From assembly GCA_030704615.1 (NCBI GenBank), contig CM060731.1:82708001-82772000 (forward strand): 64,000 bases of DNA, read 5' to 3'. The notes under the pieces were generated by a model. It was not told where the DNA came from. It saw nothing but the letters and a program-made list of their open reading frames with translations, and did not search any database. This document shows positions 52,465 through 64,000 of the stretch, piece after piece. Source of the stretch: Takakia lepidozioides. Its lineage: Eukaryota; Plantae; Bryophyta. Within the stretch, counting starts at the first letter, position 1. Each line of letters opens with the position of its first letter. Position numbers and translations under genes: made by a program.

Positions 52465-52972
52465 TGTCATGGTTTTAGTCATGGTTATCTAGAATTACCT
52501 ACTTCTAGTTAACTATGACATTTTAGATATTTATATTTATATTTTGTGTGTTAGGACTTCATTTGGTCTCACATGCCAAGTGAGGTGTCGAGCCTCACTT
52601 GAGACATGGAGATAGGTTTTCCCCTTGTGAGTGTTGAGGAGGCTCATCTTCTTGTAGTTGAGCCTCCATGAGCTTCTCTCACCTCCATAGCTCTAGGTAT
52701 TGAGAGGGAGTGTGTTGAGGGCTTTGTAGGGTGGATTCCTTTAGCAAAGGTGCCCTTGGCTTGACTTAGTTTATGTGATAGAGTGGATTTCACTTGGAAG
52801 GACTAGGGCTTGTTCTTCATGTGATTGCTTCATGCTTTGAGAGCTTTCATTGTCTTCTACTTCTCTCATTTCTCATCTCTTATCTATTGTGGTATAGCTT
52901 TCTAGGATTGTGTGCTTAGATTGTGTGGTGGACAGCGATGTATGTTGTGGCACGATGCTTAGGTGCACGACA
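52465..52972 (+). repeat. Repeats A2 (52465-52884) and B2 (52888-52972), together an LTR-like unit TGTC...GACA
   Basis: Direct sequence comparison with A1 and B1. Confidence 0.95.
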
Positions 52973-52976
52973 GTCC

Positions 52977-53625
52977 ATATTTATCATCGTGCTCCAATTA
53001 AATTCCATGTTGAGGTCGGGGAGAGGTTCCCATGCTTGAAGTAGTGAGTTGTAGCGCTTGATTGCTTTGAGAGTCGTCTGTTGGTGAGAACTTCCAGTAA
53101 TATAGGCATTATTATCTGCATTTGCTGATAAAAAAAAAAAACATCGATCCTGAATCATTCTTGGCGTTGAAGACTATTCGTTGATTTCTAGATCATACCT
53201 CCATACCATGTAGCCTCTGGAGGACTTTCCACAAACCAAAAGCTGCATTCCTGTAACTGCCGACTCCTTGTCAGAAACTTCAAAGGTATAATCCACAGGG
53301 TAGTCTGGCAAACATCGCCACTGCGTGCTAATGGGACCAAACGTCCGTCACTTCTGCGTACCTATGGGAGGCTGGGCATTGTATGCAGGCCCAACCAGCA
53401 TGTATATAACTATTCTTCCTTGATCTCCATCCGTTTTCGAGTCTCAAAGATGTCGTTGCAGCCTTCGTCATCAACCACCGATAGCGCATTCTGCCATTTC
53501 TTATAACCACCTTTCAACGGTAAATAATAAGAGCGAGGCACCCGTGCAACGCATTCTAGTATCACATGGTCTGTCAATCCCGGAATCAAGGAGTTGCCCT
53601 TCGACTGGTCCTCCGGCTCTGCCAT
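52977..53625 (-). pseudogene. F-box/kelch-repeat protein pseudogene abutting the retroelement
   Basis: SLIPGLTDHVILECVARVPRS..KKW (F-box) and RYNSLLQAWEPLPDL (kelch); in-frame stops. Confidence 0.75.
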
Positions 53626-54270
53626 TGCTAGAATTCCATTTTATTTATGATTTCTTACTATGATTTCGTACTAAACTTCATAAAATATATACTAATGTAC
53701 ATAAAATATGCTATTCTAAATTATGATCCGAAAAATTGATCGACACCCCCCGAAGCACCAGTTTCTCTATCCCGAGCCGAGCTTTCTATGTGCTGATCCA
53801 CAAACGGCACTCACAAGGTCGTGGTCTGGCACCTTGTCACCGGCAGGGAGGCGCATCTACAACATGGAAACCCCCTGGTGGCCTAGCTTGGAGCACAAGG
53901 TTCCCCCATCGAGCAGTATACGTGTCAACTACACCACGGTCATGGCATACAAGCTCCAATATTTGGTTCAAGGGTATGAAGCGGCAGAGCTCCAGACGTT
54001 GCACACTCAGTGGAGGCCACCCTGCGGCGGCCTAAAGGCCCCTTGGTGTTCGACATCGATGCAGGCAATCCCAGTTTCAGCGCTCAAAGAAATCAATTTA
54101 TACGACATGGCTTCATCCCATGACGTAACCTCTAATATACACTCAACACTGTCTGTCCATCAAGCTAACCCTCATTTCTTTCTTACATGATCTCTTCCAA
54201 ACATGGATCACCAAGTGCTTCCATCCTCCTCTCAACAAGCTGCTTGGACGTACTCGCCCTATTTCTCTAA

Positions 54271-54445
54271 GGTAGCCCAGTGGTTGGGTGTTTGTGCCTT
54301 GCCTGTGCATAACCTAGGTGATCCCGGGTTCAATCCTTCAACATGTGCCTTCAGACCGTCCATTGGGCCCTCGATGGCATGTGTGTTGAGCAGTAGGCTC
54401 AGTAAATTCACTGGACGTTAAAGAAACTTTATCTTTATCTCTATC
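54271..54445 (+). mobile_element. tRNA-derived SINE
   Basis: A box TAGCCCAGTGG (54273), B box GGTTCAATCC (54327), (CTTTAT)n tail; second copy at 41159-41292. Confidence 0.8.
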
Positions 54446-54499
54446 AATTTTACACAATGGCTACTCTCCTCACGCAATTTCACACCAATACGCATTATT

Positions 54500-55320
54500 A
54501 ATACACTCCCTTTAGACCCCCAAGGAAGATACACCACAAAAACGAGCATGGACCGCGCACCTCAATACCTATCACACGATCAGACGCGCCCTCACCATTA
54601 TACCCCACAACCCACCCTAACAACAAATGGAGATCCGACCCTCATATCACCTGCTTAAACACCTTGGCACCCTGTCACGCACTTGTGCCTCCACCTAATG
54701 ACCTTAGCCATACCTAACTGGTGTGTAGCCCTATCCAAAATAGGCAGGGAAGTAAAGAAAGCTGCATACAACATCACCAAACAAAAAGCCGCTGACAATC
54801 ATAAATTTTTTGTCTCCTCCTTCAACCAATTACTCCATGATCACCCCAAAAAAGCTCATGAAGCCATCTTTAACCCCTCACTCAACCCACCCATTGACTG
54901 CCTCCGACACCGACTGGGCCACTTAATAACCGACCCCACAACCATCAACAAAGAAATATGGGCCCAAACATCTTCAACCTACACACCCACTGTTACAAAC
55001 AAGCTCACTAGGGAAGCTAACAAACAAGCTGCTGCATCAATTAGCCATACTAAAATCCACATTCAAAAGTGGACACAATCCAATGTGCTACACCATAAAC
55101 TATCAAATCACTTCTGGAATACCAAAATCACTACAGATGCACAAATCCGTCAAGTCCTTAAATTCAGATACGCCCAGTACATGGGACACCAGCGCAAGCA
55201 CATTTTCTGGCCACGTCCCATACTGCCCACTCTGTTCAGGCACCCATCAAGAATGTGACAGCTGGCCGCCACACTTACTTAGCCAATGTACACACCCTAT
55301 CATACATGGCCTACAGAGGG
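54500..55320 (+). mobile_element. Degenerate, internally deleted LINE-like fragment
   Basis: AC-rich strand; linker-like peptide joined to LKFRYAQY..CPLC..PHLLSQC C-terminal knuckle. Confidence 0.5.
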
Positions 55321-56307
55321 CAGCTAAGGCGTGAACAGAACCTGTGAGCAGATACCCTGATGCGTGAGCAGATTCCCTGATGCATGAGCAGATTGAAAGC
55401 GTGAGCAGATTACTGATGCAAACCCCAAAACCGAGGGAACAAGTGGGCCTATAGCCGTGGACGCGAACTCCACTGCAAGGACGCAGTGTCCGTTCGATCG
55501 GATCGAAGACAGACATGCTCCATGACGACAATGTGGCACGAAAATGCGATGAAAAAGGTTTTGGATGAATGTATGTGGGATGAACGCAAACGGGAATGGA
55601 TGAACGCTGGATGATTACCGGATGAAAAATTGCCCAAATGAGTAAACCATGGATGACTGCAACAACATGTATCATCAGGGATGAAGAAGGCATTAAGCTG
55701 TCGTCAACGACAGCTTAACTCGCAGCCCATCTCAGCACATGTCAACCCACGATAAAACCAGAGGGGGGAGGGTTCATAATTTTTGTGCAGGGAAGCAGGC
55801 CTAAAGGTGCCCTCAACAATAGCTCAATTCCGAACAGGGGTACATGACATTTCAACTCAGGGAGCACATGCATTACCGGTAAGTGAGTGTGTGGAGGGGT
55901 TGCAGATTAAGGTGTCGTCAATGACATCTTAATTCCCAGCCCTGTGCCAACCTGAGAATTGAACCCAACAGGGGAAAAAAAAAAAAAAAAAAAAAAAATC
56001 AATCCCCGAAAAGTGACAAATTACATGTCATTGAAGATGGAACACATGCCTTGGCGGTAAGCATGTGTGTGCAGGGGCTGGGGATCAACAATACCTTAAT
56101 TCGCTGCCCTGTCCGAACATGAGAATTGAACCGAACAGACCAAAATAATAATAATAATAATAAATGTTTTGTTTTTTGTTTTTTGTTTTTTTTTCCCCGA
56201 ATGTGTCAGATTTAGGTGTCGTCAACAACATCTTAATCTGGCTGGTCTTCCGGTGTGCTATTTGGGATGAATGGCATCGACAAATTGCTCAAACTACATA
56301 ACTTATG

Positions 56308-59300
56308 TGTCATGGTTTTAGTCATGGTTAACTAGAACTACCTACTTCTAGTTAACTATGACATTTTTGGATGTTTATATTTGTATTTTGTGTGTTGGGA
56401 CTTCATTTGGTCTCACATGCCAAGCGAGGTGTCAAACCTCACTTGGGACATGGGGATGGGTTTTCCCCTTATGAGTGTTGAGGAGGGTTCATCTTTTTGT
56501 AGTTGAGCCTCCATGAGCCTCTCCCACCTCCATAGCTCTAGGTATTGAGAGGGAGTGTGGTGAGGGCTTTGTAGGGTGGATTCCTTTAGCAAAGGTGCCC
56601 TTGGCTTGACTTAGTTTATGTGATTGAGTAGATTCATGAGTGGAGTGTTTCCATTGTGTGTTCACTTCCACCTCCATACATGAAGCCCATACCAATCTGG
56701 TCTTCCCTAGGCATAGGAGGTTGTGCAGGTGGGGCTTGAACCTCAAGCCTTGGAACATGAGTAGTGGCCATGGCAGCAAGATATTGCTCTAGCTGGGCAA
56801 GTCTATTCACCATGCCTTGGTCATGACCTTGACCCTGACCCTGTGCTCCTTGGTTTTGGTTACGTCATCCACCACGACCTCTGCCTCCTCTACCTCTCTA
56901 GACTACATTGCCTCGTCCTTGGCCACCATTGTTCCCTTGGAATTGGCCTGGCCGTAGCTCATGATGCAAGTCATAACAATGGGCCTCCTCATGCCCATAT
57001 TTGCCACAATGCCCATACTGTAGTTGTGTAGGCTGTGCCTGTGCCGACCCTTTGCCTCTCTCCGGACAATCTCTCTTAACATGGGGTCCTCCACAATCCC
57101 AACATGTCACACCCGACTGTTGTTGGCCTGAGAATGAAGGAAGTGACCTCTGAAATTGAGATCATTTCTGTCCTTCCCTGGGCTTCGCTTGCGCCCCCTT
57201 GTTGCCTTGAGCACGTTGGGGTAGTGGTTGTTGTTGGCTAGGAGCCCCACTTCGTTGTGTCTCCTTACCAAATCCCACCATGACCACTCGCTCCTCCACC
57301 ATATTGAGCTCTATCCGCTCTGCCAACAAAAACACGTTTGCTAAGGTGGGTTGGTCCACTTGTAGGAGAGTTGCATCCCGCACCCTTCTCCTCAGCTCCT
57401 TGTCCAATATCCCATACCAGAATTGGACTGCTTGAGCTTCCGTAACCCCTTGGGTTACATTTATCAATCGCCTCATGCGAGTGTAAGCCTCCCTCAAACT
57501 CTCGGCAGGCTTTCATTGGAACTCTTGCAAACTCCGCAATTTTTCCGTCCTTATCCCCTGGTATTTTCTCCTTAACTCCTCGAAGAACTCCACAACTGGG
57601 TTAAAGGCAGGCACGGGTGTTGGTGCTGCAGCAGAAGCTTGGGTGGACTTCCCAGCTCCTGTTCCACTTGACATCCCACTGCTGCTTGCAGAAGCTGCCG
57701 GTGTAGCTACCGGTGTCACCACTGCCTTTGTGCCTCTAGTGATGGAGACATAGTCAGGTGACCAATACACTCGTCATTCCTCAATCTCCACCTCATGTAC
57801 CCGCCTAAACTCATGGTAGTCATCCATGGGCGGACCCTCAAGGTGCTGAAACAGCCCCTTCCATGCCATAAAGGGCGTAAACAGTTGTGGATTGCGCATT
57901 TGCTGCAAATCACACCAACTGTCAAACTCTTGTATGAAGCATCAAGCTCGATGGTGCCCACAGCTCTAGAGTACCTACGTGACCCTTTGGTAGCTCCATA
58001 CATTTCCTCCATCGTATCCCACAACAATGGCATGGAAATGGTTTGCACCCTCGGCGAGAATCCTCCTAACTCTGAGTCTAAACCTTCTTCAGAAGACATT
58101 GAAGGTGAAGGTGGCCTAAACCGCACACCTCGTCTTGTATACCCACTAGTATCGCTGGTGCTCGTACCGGCACTCTCCTCAGCAACTGGTGGCACCTCCG
58201 TGATGAAAACTCACAACCACACTTGTTGTAAACCTGTCTCTGAACCCCCTTTCCACAAGGTAACCGAGTAGAGAACCTGTTGCAGCTTATGGCTTAGACT
58301 ACTAGATTCGTAACATAAACCTGCACCTGCATCCACTGCAAGCACTCATATGGTCTGCTGGTCATCAACCCAGCCTCACCATAAGAGAAACAATGATGGT
58401 CTGACTGGTCATCACCCCAGCCTCACCACCGACAACATGCTCTAGGATTGGCCGGTGATCAAATCCGGACCAACCTCCTATGAAAACAAGCGCCCACACA
58501 AAACTGACATGGCGCACAGTCAAGCATGCAGGTGTGGGGGGGGGTCCAAATACAAGAAAATCAAGACAGTAACTCCCCCACACCAAAAAAAACACTCCAC
58601 AGTGTCGCTCCTGCAAGGACACCCCAGCCCAAACCCGAACTGACTCTTGCCTCCACCTACGGAAAGGTTTTGGCCTACATAGAGGGTGGAAGACTACGGG
58701 GAAGAGAGACTAAAGCAATTCCTAATCCCAGAATGCTCTCATCCCACTAGTCTCCCCCTATCTCCAATCGCTCTTGCTCATGACCAACAGACATAACTAC
58801 CTTCCAGGGTCTCTCAAATAACTCTCCAAGAGCCCTCAAGATGTCTCTCAAACAATCTCACTAAGGCCCCCAAAGCCTGCCAAATCTTGGTCCTCAAGGA
58901 CCCCAAAAAGTCCTTCAGACAAGTTGCCAAAGACTCTTTAAGCTTGCCAAATATTAGCCTCCAAGGACCCCAAAATAGTCCTCCAAATAGCCCTCCAAAG
59001 CTCCAAATGTTTGCCAAATATTGGTATTCAAGGACTCTCAATAGTCCTCCAAACAGTCCTCCAAACACCCTTTTCAAGAAGTGTCTTACAAAAACTCCTC
59101 AAAGGACCCCCCAAAGATCCTCCAAAGGCAATACTCCTCCAGGTACACCCTAGATGTCATACACTTTTAATGAAAACTTATGGTAGGCAAAGTCTCTCCA
59201 CTTGTATCCATACACTGTTCACAAAAGTGTATGGTGGGGCAGATGGAGCCCATACACTGTTTACAAAAACGTATGTAGGGCAGAGGGGGCCATACTTTGT

Positions 59301-61125
59301 TCACAAAAGTGTATGTTGGGCAGAGGGTTCCATACACTGTTCACAAAAGTGTATGATGGGCAGAGGGAGCCCATACACAGTTTCTTGAAGAGTATGGAGA
59401 CTAGGGTTTGTAGAGTATAGTAAGAAACACCTTCTTCATGGTATCTTCCCCCCTAACATGCATGCAAGATTGCATTATTTTACTTTGCAATGCTATTCAT
59501 CCCAAATTGACAAGTTCCTCTTGATCTCCTTGGAACTCATAGCAAGCTAATGTGCCCAATGACAAGTGCCAAGCCTTGCTTGAATTTGAATTTTGTATGC
59601 CATCTTCCATGTGCTTTCCCTTGCATGGGCTAGTCACACACACTTCCACCCCTTGAGCTAGGTGTTCTCTTCATTCATCATAATGTGTATCCAACCTCTA
59701 TTCAAGAGCTGATCTTCTCAAACTTGAAGTCACAAGCCCTAAAGAGCATGCTCCACATAAGCATCACTTGCTTGATCAACCATCCACCACAAAACTTAAG
59801 CAAAAAGGGAATGAATACATGAGCTTCACCTTCCCCTTCCTTGTCTTGTCACATGCTAATGTATGGTTGAAGTTGCTATGCATGCCGTGAGCCACAATCT
59901 CCTTTCTTCATGAAGACCACCTCCAATGATCTCCCACATGTGCTCCAAGCTCTTCAATACTCTAGGCTTGGTTTCACATCATCATGGATAGAATTCTCAC
60001 CTACATTCTTCCCTTTGGAGTCATCTTGAGCTTCTTGATGCTCTCCAAGTGGTTGCTTTTGTTGTCTTCAAGCCCTAGCCTATGTAGCTCCTTGGTTGTT
60101 CTTCCACAACATGCATCACCTCATACACAAGGAATGAACTTGCTCACTTCACCTTCTAGCTCTCCTCAAGCTTGAATTGGAAGCCACACTTGGAAAGCAT
60201 GCCCCACACATGCGCCACTTGCTTGGTCAACCACTTGCTTCACCAAGAGCAATCCAAGAACTCATAGAACTAGCAAAAACACTCCCTTCTAGCGCCGCCT
60301 TTGCTTGCTTGTTTGTCAACCAAATAAAACCCCACTTGGCTTCATTTCACCATGGATAGAACAACCACTTCTTAGCTTCTCTTGAGCTACTCAATGCTCC
60401 TCAAGCTACCATTGTTGTACTCATTCTATTCCAACCCAAGCATGTGCCGCTCTTTGGCTTCTCTTTCACACCATGAACAACTAGAGCTTGCTCTTGAAAC
60501 CCTAGTGTCTATCTTCTCCACACACAAGACGCTTCTCTTGTGATACAAGAGCTCTTTTCCAAGCTCTCCACCTCTATAGAGCAAAGTAATGCTTCTCAAA
60601 CCCTAACATCCATGTTCTCCACGCCACAAGGATTTTCCTTTGCAACTCCTGCAACACCTTGCAACACAAGAGCTCTTTACCAAGCTCTCTCCAACACACA
60701 AGTGCTAAACTAACCATTACACTCCGCACTCACAAGCATAAGGAGATCTTCTTGTAGTGATAATGGAAGTGAACACACAATGGAAACACTCCACTCATGA
60801 ATCCACTCAATCACATAAACTAAGTCAAGCCAAGGGCACCTTTGCTAAAGGAATCCACCCTACAAAGCCCTCACCACACTCCCTCTCAATACCTAGAGCT
60901 ATGGAGGTGGGAGAGGCTCATGGAGGCTCAACTACAAGAAGATGAGCCCTTCTCAACACTCACAAGGGGAAAATCCATCCCCATGTCCCAAGTGAGGTTT
61001 GACACCTCACTTGGCATGTGAGACCAAATGAAGTCCCAACACACAAAATACAAATATAAATATCCAAAATGTCCTAGTTAACTAGAAGTAGGTAATTCTA
61101 GTTAACCATGACTAAAACCATGACA
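56308..61125 (-). mobile_element. Deleted relative of the 43025 element: A repeat (61125-60760), long leader, gag fragment (58195-56690), then an inverted A repeat (56308-56670)
   Basis: Begins TGTCATGGTTTTAG and ends CTAAAACCATGACA; the minus-strand gag peptides closely match 44941-46400. Confidence 0.9.
59208..59397. repeat. About 40-bp tandem repeat x5, each unit palindromic
   Basis: CATACACT-GTTCACAAA-AGTGTATG followed by (A/T)GGGCAGAGGG. Confidence 0.85.
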
Positions 61126-61127
61126 GT

Positions 61128-62887
61128 ATGTTGTTACCACATAAACCATTTGGACATGAGACAATAAGGTCCATGATGGAAGAAAGAGAAAGCGAATCGA
61201 CATTACAAGTTGATCAACAAAATTTACGTAGGTCCTCTCGGACAAGGACACCGTCCTTAAAATTAAAAGAGTCTCTCAGCAACGCTTATGCTTTTCTTAC
61301 ACAGACTGATGAGCCTTCCACAATAGCAGAGGCTTTGTCTGGACCTAATGCAGATAAGTGGCAAGAGGCTCTTGATTCTAAGTACAACTCTCTTAGAAAG
61401 AACAGAACGTGGACTTTGGTAGATCCTCCAGCAAACAGATATATTGTCAGCTGTAAATGGGTCTTAAGAAAGAAGTACAATGTTGATGGTTCAATAGCTT
61501 GTTTCAAAGCAAGATTGGTAGCACGCGGATATTCTCAAACCGAAGGTATTGATTATCACGAGACATTTTCTCCGGTGATAAGAATGACCTCTTTACGAAC
61601 AATCTTCTCTTTAGCTAACCTAGATCTGGAAATACACCAGATGGATGTTAAGACTGCGTTCTTAAATGGTTATCTAAAGGAGGAGATTTATATGAAACAG
61701 CCTGAAGGCTATGTTAAAGCGGGAAAAAGAAACTAAGGTTTGTAGGCTACTAAAAACACTTTATGGCCTCAAACAATCCCCAAGGGCATGGTATGAGCGA
61801 ATAGATTCTTATCTATTGAAATCTGGTTTTGCTAAAAATCCAGCAGATTCGAATGTCTATGTTAAGCGCCAACAAGCTTCTTTTGTATTGTTAGGGTTGT
61901 ATGTTGATGACTGCATCATTGCTGGAAACGATTTGAAGTTTCTAAAAGCAACAAAATCGGAGTTGTCAAGTGAGTTTGAGATGACAGATAATGGTCCTAT
62001 TGAGTATTGTCTCGGCATACAAGTATCTAGAGATAGAAGAAAAAGAATAATTTATTTATCTCAAGAAAAGTATATACGAGATACACTTAAGAAATTCAAT
62101 ATGGAATTATGTAAAGCTATCTCTACACCAATGGAACCAGGAAGTAAGCTTTCCAAGGAAATGACTCCTGAAAGTAAATCTGAGCAAGAGGAGATGGTAG
62201 ATATTCCTTATTCGAGTGCTGTGGGCAGCCTGATGTACATTATGGTGTGTACACAACCCGACCTTGCTTTCCCTCTTGGAAAACAACATTGGCTTGCTAT
62301 AAAACGGTTTTTTAGGTATCTTCAAGCCACTATAATTTTTGGACTTAGATACGGGATTCAAGTTGAGACTTCACCAGCAAACACTATTCAAGGATGGTGT
62401 GACGTTGATTGGGCAGCAGATGTAGACAATCGTCGTTCTGTCTATATTTTGCATGAATGGAGGAGCGATATCGTGGCAAAGCAAGAAACAAGCCACTATA
62501 GCTCTCTCGAGTACCGAGACAGAGTATATGGCTGCTGCACATGCAACTAAGGAGGCAATATGGCTTAGGCAGTTAATTAGTGGACTTGGATTCCCAAGCT
62601 CAAAAGCTACGGTCTTATGTTGTGATAATCAGTCGTGTATAGCTTTGACAAAGAATCCTAGGTTTCACGATCGGTCAAAGCATATAGAACTTAGATATCA
62701 CTTTATAAGAGAAAAAGTAAAAACTAGTCAGATAGAACTAGTTTACTATAGCACTAATGAGATGCTAGCTGATGCTTTAACTAAGGCTCTTCCGAAACCC
62801 AAACATGAGTATTGCAGAGAGGCATTTGGAGTGCTTAGCTTTCAGAACATTTACTATCAGATTGACAAAGTCTAGATTATGGATAGA
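61128..62887 (+). mobile_element. Ty1/Copia retrotransposon 3' half (RT-RNase H), frameshifted; PPT and probable 3' LTR resume at 63543
   Basis: FKARLVARGYSQ, QMDVKTAFLNG, LYGLKQSPRAW, YVDD, CDNQS, KHIELRYHFIRE, ADALTKAL; AAGGGGGAG-TATTG at about 63545-63558. Confidence 0.95.
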
Positions 62888-62891
62888 TTAA

Positions 62892-63542
62892 CCCTTAAAC
62901 GCCCAGTAGCCCGTTTTGGGCTTTTGGGTTTAAAAAAATCTAAATAACTTTTTGCATTCTCCATGGAATTGTGTGAAAAAAAAATATAGTGTTCTTGGGC
63001 ACCTGGCACACCAAGATTCATTGCCCGATTGCCTCGGATCTGCCAAGTTGCAAAGAGGTCTCATCACACAAGCAGGGGGGTCACGATTTGATAAAGGTAA
63101 TTCTCGTTGTTTCATTCTTCACATGTGTGTGAGAGAGGGAGAGAAACATGGGATTTTCCCAGGTTTGACCAAGTGGCAACATCACATGCATTGGCCAAAT
63201 TGGATACTTTTTGACTTGTTGGATGAGGGATCTCAAGAGGATGAAACCCTGCTAATTTCGCCTCAATCCCATTTGATCCGTCACTCAAATCTTTAAAAAA
63301 TTACCAAAAATGGATATGTTTATCAAAAAGGCCCCAATAATGGGGCCCACATTCAACGGTGGCATTTTGTGAATCTGGGGCTGATTGGCCTCAAATTTGG
63401 GAGGTGGATGCAGGAGGAAGGTACGCACCTAATGTGCGGTCAAGTTCTTTAAAAAGTTAATTTTCTGAAAGTTACACCTGTTTTTCACTTAAGGGGTCAT
63501 GTTTTCTGAAAAAGTCAAACTATGGCACTGGGCGTTTAAGGG
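62892..63542. mobile_element. piggyBac-like non-autonomous DNA transposon (MITE), 651 bp
   Basis: Perfect 16-bp TIR CCCTTAAACGCCCAGT / ACTGGGCGTTTAAGGG with TTAA on both sides (62888-62891, 63543-63546). Confidence 0.85.
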
Positions 63543-64000
63543 TTAAGGGGGAGTATTGAAATGATAGATAATCTCATCCATAATTCTAGATTTCATCTGA
63601 TATGGTGAATAGACACAACTCTTGAAGTATCAAGGATTAGGGTTACACTGATTGGTCAACTGGAAGGTTACAACGGTTACTTTGAACAGTTGTAGCTAAC
63701 TTCTTTGTCTTCTTCGTACAAAGAAGAAGTGTAATTATTATTACAGTAGAATATCTAGATCCATGTTTTTCCCCACTCTCTCTAATTACATGCAATGATG
63801 TATGAGAGTAGATCATGTGTAATTTGTTACACATCCCTCTCCAATGCACATAATCAAGAGATGCAAAGACGGCCGATGAAATTTTCCATCTTCTGTAAAC
63901 ATGTGACGTCTATGTCCGCTGCACCCATGCCAATGGTAACACTAGGCTTCGATACTTCTCACTGTTCTTACGTTTTTCTTTTGCCCTCTCCTTTGCCCTC

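Larger units (their letters stand above)
43025..52972 (+). mobile_element. Ty3/Gypsy-type retrotransposon with gag-PR-C5 methyltransferase-RT-RNaseH-IN-PHD and split direct repeats A1..B1-A2-B2
   Basis: Termini TGTCATG...CACGACA; GTCC at 43021-43024 and 52973-52976; domain order PR-RT-RH-IN; ORFs broken by frameshifts and stops. Confidence 0.92.

Noticed and set aside
43025-52972. DIRS/Ngaro tyrosine-recombinase retrotransposon
   Set aside because: The repeat layout is similar, but the element encodes a protease and an HHCC-DDE integrase, and no tyrosine recombinase motifs were seen.
52378-52972. Independent TRIM with 85-bp LTRs (B1..B2)
   Set aside because: No TSD around B1..B2, the interior is simply repeat A, and the PPT precedes B1 rather than B2.
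53723-54190. 155-aa ORF
   Set aside because: No recognisable domain in the frames examined; cannot be supported as a gene.
59208-59397. CRISPR-like array of palindromic repeats
   Set aside because: The intervening sequences are short and similar to each other rather than unique spacers, there are no cas genes, and the context is a eukaryotic retroelement leader.

Overview
Eukaryotic nuclear DNA from a land plant, probably a non-seed plant (inferred from spliceosomal introns, PsbQ, PLS-type PPR fragments and a LysM receptor kinase). Host genes: an 11-exon CERK1/LYK-type LysM receptor kinase (7599-21215, +), PsbQ (22948-24230, +), a stand-alone ZnF-UBP protein (-, 5' end unresolved) and an ABC1/UbiB atypical kinase (28190-34645, +). 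Pseudogenes or fragments: PsbR, RPS2, a TolB-like propeller gene, DUF2921, PPR and F-box/kelch. The rest is dense in transposons. The standout is a 9.95-kb Ty3/Gypsy-type retroelement (43025-52972, GTCC duplicated on both flanks). Its pol carries a full set of C5 cytosine methyltransferase motifs between protease and RT, and a PHD finger after the integrase. Instead of two LTRs plus a tRNA PBS it has A1-[ORFs]-PPT-B1-A2-B2 split direct repeats, with a palindromic circle-junction-like site (GACA-GC-TGTC). A deleted relative with the A repeat inverted at both ends lies at 56308-61125. Also present: a LINE family associated with (CT)n sites, with one twin-priming 5' inversion inside the kinase introns; a gene-fragment-carrying inverted-repeat element (35525-41138); a tRNA-derived SINE; a TTAA/CCC piggyBac-like MITE inside a Copia element; and an 81-bp 25S rRNA fragment. 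Coordinates were counted by eye and may be off by a few bases; no database searches were run.
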